Source: Chiloscyllium plagiosum
Lineage: Eukaryota
Direction of reading: 5' to 3'
DNA: 39,717 bases
Assembly: GCF_004010195.1 (NCBI RefSeq)
Contig: NC_057741.1
Location: forward strand, 3,424,102-3,463,818
This document shows, one piece after another, positions 36,736-39,717 of this stretch. The position numbers and the translations under genes are program-made. The notes below the pieces were generated by a model. That model did not search any database and was not told the DNA's origin. It saw nothing but the letters and a program-made list of their open reading frames with translations. Position 1 is the first letter of the stretch; each line of letters opens with the position of its first letter.

Positions 36736-37039
36736 TAGTAGGTGTGAGAAATGACCAAATATTCCTCCTTAAACATCATGTGTCAAAATTTACTTTTGAA
36801 GAAATCTTTATAATTTGCTCTTCAAAAGTTGAATTCAAAACCATTTACACTGTAAAAATTGTCTCTGATACTAACACGAGAATGGATAGCAGAACATTTA
36901 GAAACCTTCTCGAACAATTAGCTAGCTACCTCAGTGAAATTACATGGGTCAACGTGCTTTCTTTCTGCATTTAGCAAAAGTGAACATACACATCAGGTTA
37001 ACTGAGGTGCAGAATCAATGTACAAATTTAAGATGATGT

Positions 37040-38260
37040 TTCAGAATACTCAGAAGGGACACATTTCAACAAGTAGAAAGGGATTAACATACCATCCCTG
37101 GCTAAATAGAAAGGTTAAAGATAGCATCAAACTAAACAAGAAAGTATTAATTGTGCAATGACAGGTAGTACATCAAAAAGTTGAACAGAATACAAAAAAA
37201 AGCAAGGAGTGACCAATAAAATGTAATGAAAAAGGACCATTTAGATTATGAAAGAAAACCTGCCAGAAATATGAAGAGAGAGTAAGCATTTGTTAAATCT
37301 TCTTTCCATATTTATAGAAAGTGAGTGTTAGCCTTATAGAAAGTGAAAACTCGAAAATCAGTGGAAAATATAGAAATGAAGGTTTCCTGCCCGAAACATC
37401 GATTTTCCTGCACATCGGATGCTGCCTGTGTGCTTTTCCAGCACCACTCTAATCCAGACACAGATGAATTGATCATGTCTTTTGCAATAGACGATTCAAA
37501 TAACATTCCAGAAGCAGTGATAAATCAGGAAATGGAAGGGAGGAATTTGAAAAGAAAAACCGCAATTATCACAACAGAAGTGATACTAAGTAAAACTGTT
37601 GGAGCCAAGGGCTGAAAAATACCCAAATTAATGTTATTCCTTTATTCCGAAAGCAGGAAACTATAGGCCAGTTGGCTTAACTTCCAACATCTTCCCTATG
37701 ATAGATATTATTACTAAAGAAGTTACAACTAGAGACGTGTAGATAAGTCAAAGAGATTCAAAGTCAATATGCTTTTAGAAAAGGAAAATCAATCACCAAT
37801 TTATTGGTGTTCTTTGAGGGAACACATTCTGTGGAAAAAGAGGAGCCAATGGATGAACTGAAAGAAGATTTCCAGAAGGCATTTGGGAAGGTGACAGATG
37901 TAACTGGTGGGGAAGTATATTAACATAGATAGAAGATTGGTCGGCTCATATGAAGCTGACAGAAGGTATAAATGGCATTGGAATAGGCCTTTGAATGAAT
38001 GCAGTTACTGCTGGACACTGAGCACCAACAGAAGCTGCATCTTTGAAATTTTCAACCCTTGAAGGGTGCAGAGGCGAGGTCATTGAGTATATTCAAGACC
38101 AAGAAGGATAGATATATTGATATTTGGACATCATTGTAAATGGAGATCAGGGGGAAAAAAGTTATTTTAAGATCAAAGATCAGTCATGATCTAATTGAGT
38201 GGTAGAGCAGAGACAAGGGAGTTCTATGGCCTCCTCTAGCTCCTATTTCTTAGCTTCTTA
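37040..38260 (+). mobile_element. Old CR1 ORF2 fragments and 3' end, with a Penelope pLTR fragment inserted at about 37378-37460
   Basis: GGAAACTATAGGCCAGTT (GNYRPV), GATTTCCAGAAGGCATTTG (DFQKAF), tail GCTCCTATTTCTTA. Insert GCCCGAAACATCGATTTTCCTG..GGATGCTGCCTG. Confidence 0.75.
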
Positions 38261-38329
38261 ATTCATTTATCCTTAAAATAGCTCACTGTGATCTTTTGAA
38301 CATATCAGAGCTCCCGACATTCTTCAGTT

Positions 38330-38480
38330 CTGCATCCCTTTCCAAAGGGTGACACCTTTAGCAATGCAGCATTCCCTCCGTACTGCATTGGAACATCACC
38401 TGTTCACATTTCTGAATGAGATTTGGTCCACGCAGCCGACTGATCCACTAGAGAGAATGGTACTGAAGCAAAACTAATAT
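38330..38480 (-). mobile_element. Deu-domain SINE remnant
   Basis: GACACCTTTAGCAATGCAGCATTCCCTCCGTACTGCATTGG resembles the reverse complement of the Deu-SINE core; a similar head fragment lies near 31045-31100. Confidence 0.6.
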
Positions 38481-39437
38481 CCAAGTTTCCCCATATCCCC
38501 AATCTCAATAATCGCCAGGCTGCTGGAGCCCAGAGCTGATAACAAGAGTTTCATTATACTAAAATAATCCCAAAGCATCTCATCAATACAATCTTACACA
38601 TCAGATTTCTGAATGCCAGAGTACTTTAATAAAGCCCACAATTTCACAAGTAGAACCCTATCTGACAGTGGTAATAATAAACTATTCCTCCACATCCTTT
38701 CTGACCTGTCTGAAGGCCAGCTTCATCCAGCTGCCCACAGCATCCTTCGCCAACACACCTCCTCTGTTACCCAGCTGGCTACTTATCAGCTCCTGAGTTG
38801 TTAATTCTGTTAATTCTGTAGATCCTAAGGATCTATCTCTGTAACTCTCCAAATTCTGAACTGAATGCTGCCCCTTGACAACATCTAAAATCATATCCTC
38901 ATTTTCCAAATGTACCACCAATGACACCACTACCCCAACACCACCTCTATTACCCTCTTCACACACTCTGATTAATCACACAAGTTATCCAATACCCAAA
39001 CATGGGATGAGGTAGTGTCTCCAATTATGTACTAGGGCAAGGTCAAATCTACTGTCTCCAATTCCTACACAAAATCTGTTCCCAAACTATGAACACCCCG
39101 CCTCTCTCTGGCCACTGAGTTAGGTTCTTCCCAGTTTTAATGTCCTTTTATCCCAAAGCTGATCTGCAGGAGATAATTCCAACTTTGTCCAACTCTGCCT
39201 CAGTTCACTTCCCATCAAAACCCTTATTCATGTCATGAGTTACCCTAGACTGCTGACAGGACCACATTTTCCTGGCCAGTAGATCTCCCCAAAACCTACA
39301 GTAGTCACCATGCCTGTAGCGATCTCGATCCTTATCTTTGTAATGCTCTCCTTAAACAACCTCATCTAACTAGCCCTCTTTCTTCCCTCAAGACATGCCC
39401 GGTTATTTTGCGAGATTTTTTTCACCCACCTTAATAT

Positions 39438-39717
39438 TGTTGTGGTTCTGTTCGCCGAGCTGGAAGTTTTTGTTGCAAACGTTTCGTCCCCTGGCTAGGC
39501 GACATCATCAGTGCTTGGGAGCCTCCTGCGAAGCGCTTCTTTGATGTTTCCTCCGGTGTTTATAGTGGTCTGTCCCTGCCGCTTCCGGTTGTCAGTTTCA
39601 GCTGTCCGCTGTAGTGGTTGGTATATTGGGTCCAGGTCGATGTGTTTGTTGATGGAGTTTGTGGATGAATGCCATGCCTCTAGGAATTCCCTAGCTGTTC
39701 TCTGTCTGGCTTGCCCT
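39438..39717 (-). mobile_element. Young Penelope-like element 3' end, truncated by the window
   Basis: Uninterrupted frame 39716-39495, GQARQRTAREFLEAWHSSTNSINKHIDLDPIYQPLQ..STDDVA*, matching a PLE GIY-YIG C-terminus (RE.LEA..IN). Many CpGs retained. Confidence 0.88.
39475..39514 (-). ncRNA. Minimal type I hammerhead-ribozyme motif
   Basis: Minus strand reads GCA-CTGATGA-T-GTCGCC TAGCCA GGGGAC-GAAA-CGTT-TGC: 3-bp stem I, core CUGAUGA/GAAA, stem II with one mismatch, palindromic AAACGTTT, GUU triplet. Confidence 0.75.

Noticed and set aside
38705-38791. Possible upstream annexin exon (GGVLAKDAVG resembles GSSLEDDVVG; followed by GTCAGA)
   Set aside because: It lacks the DTSG motif, has the wrong length and phase for the expected ~80-nt exon, and the acceptor region is purine-rich.

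Overview
Eukaryotic, repeat-rich DNA from a cartilaginous fish, most likely a shark; this is inferred from HE1/V-SINEs plus CR1, L2 and Penelope-like elements. The only identifiable gene is the 3' half of an annexin, best matching annexin A5, on the minus strand. It has six GT-AG exons (35796-35740, 32921-32828, 30469-30374, 30023-29965, 27928-27806, 25611-25549) that splice into 163 codons plus stop; none is recovered by the ORF track. The window opens with about 2.4 kb of a 20-bp minisatellite, followed by a probable terminal exon of an unidentified plus-strand gene that would be convergent with the annexin. Most of the remainder is decayed retroelements and two TA-flanked MITEs. The most interesting observations are: (i) Penelope-derived minimal hammerhead-ribozyme motifs, one in a small fold-back element between 16-bp direct repeats and one in a young element lying sense within an annexin intron; (ii) an unexplained ~220-bp inverted repeat pair with blocky conservation and CTCF-core-like motifs; (iii) a Trp-to-Cys change at the annexin A5 membrane-contacting Trp187-equivalent; (iv) the orphan exon. 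I find no support for a wholly new multi-gene system. Repeat boundaries and family assignments were made by eye from memory, without database searches.
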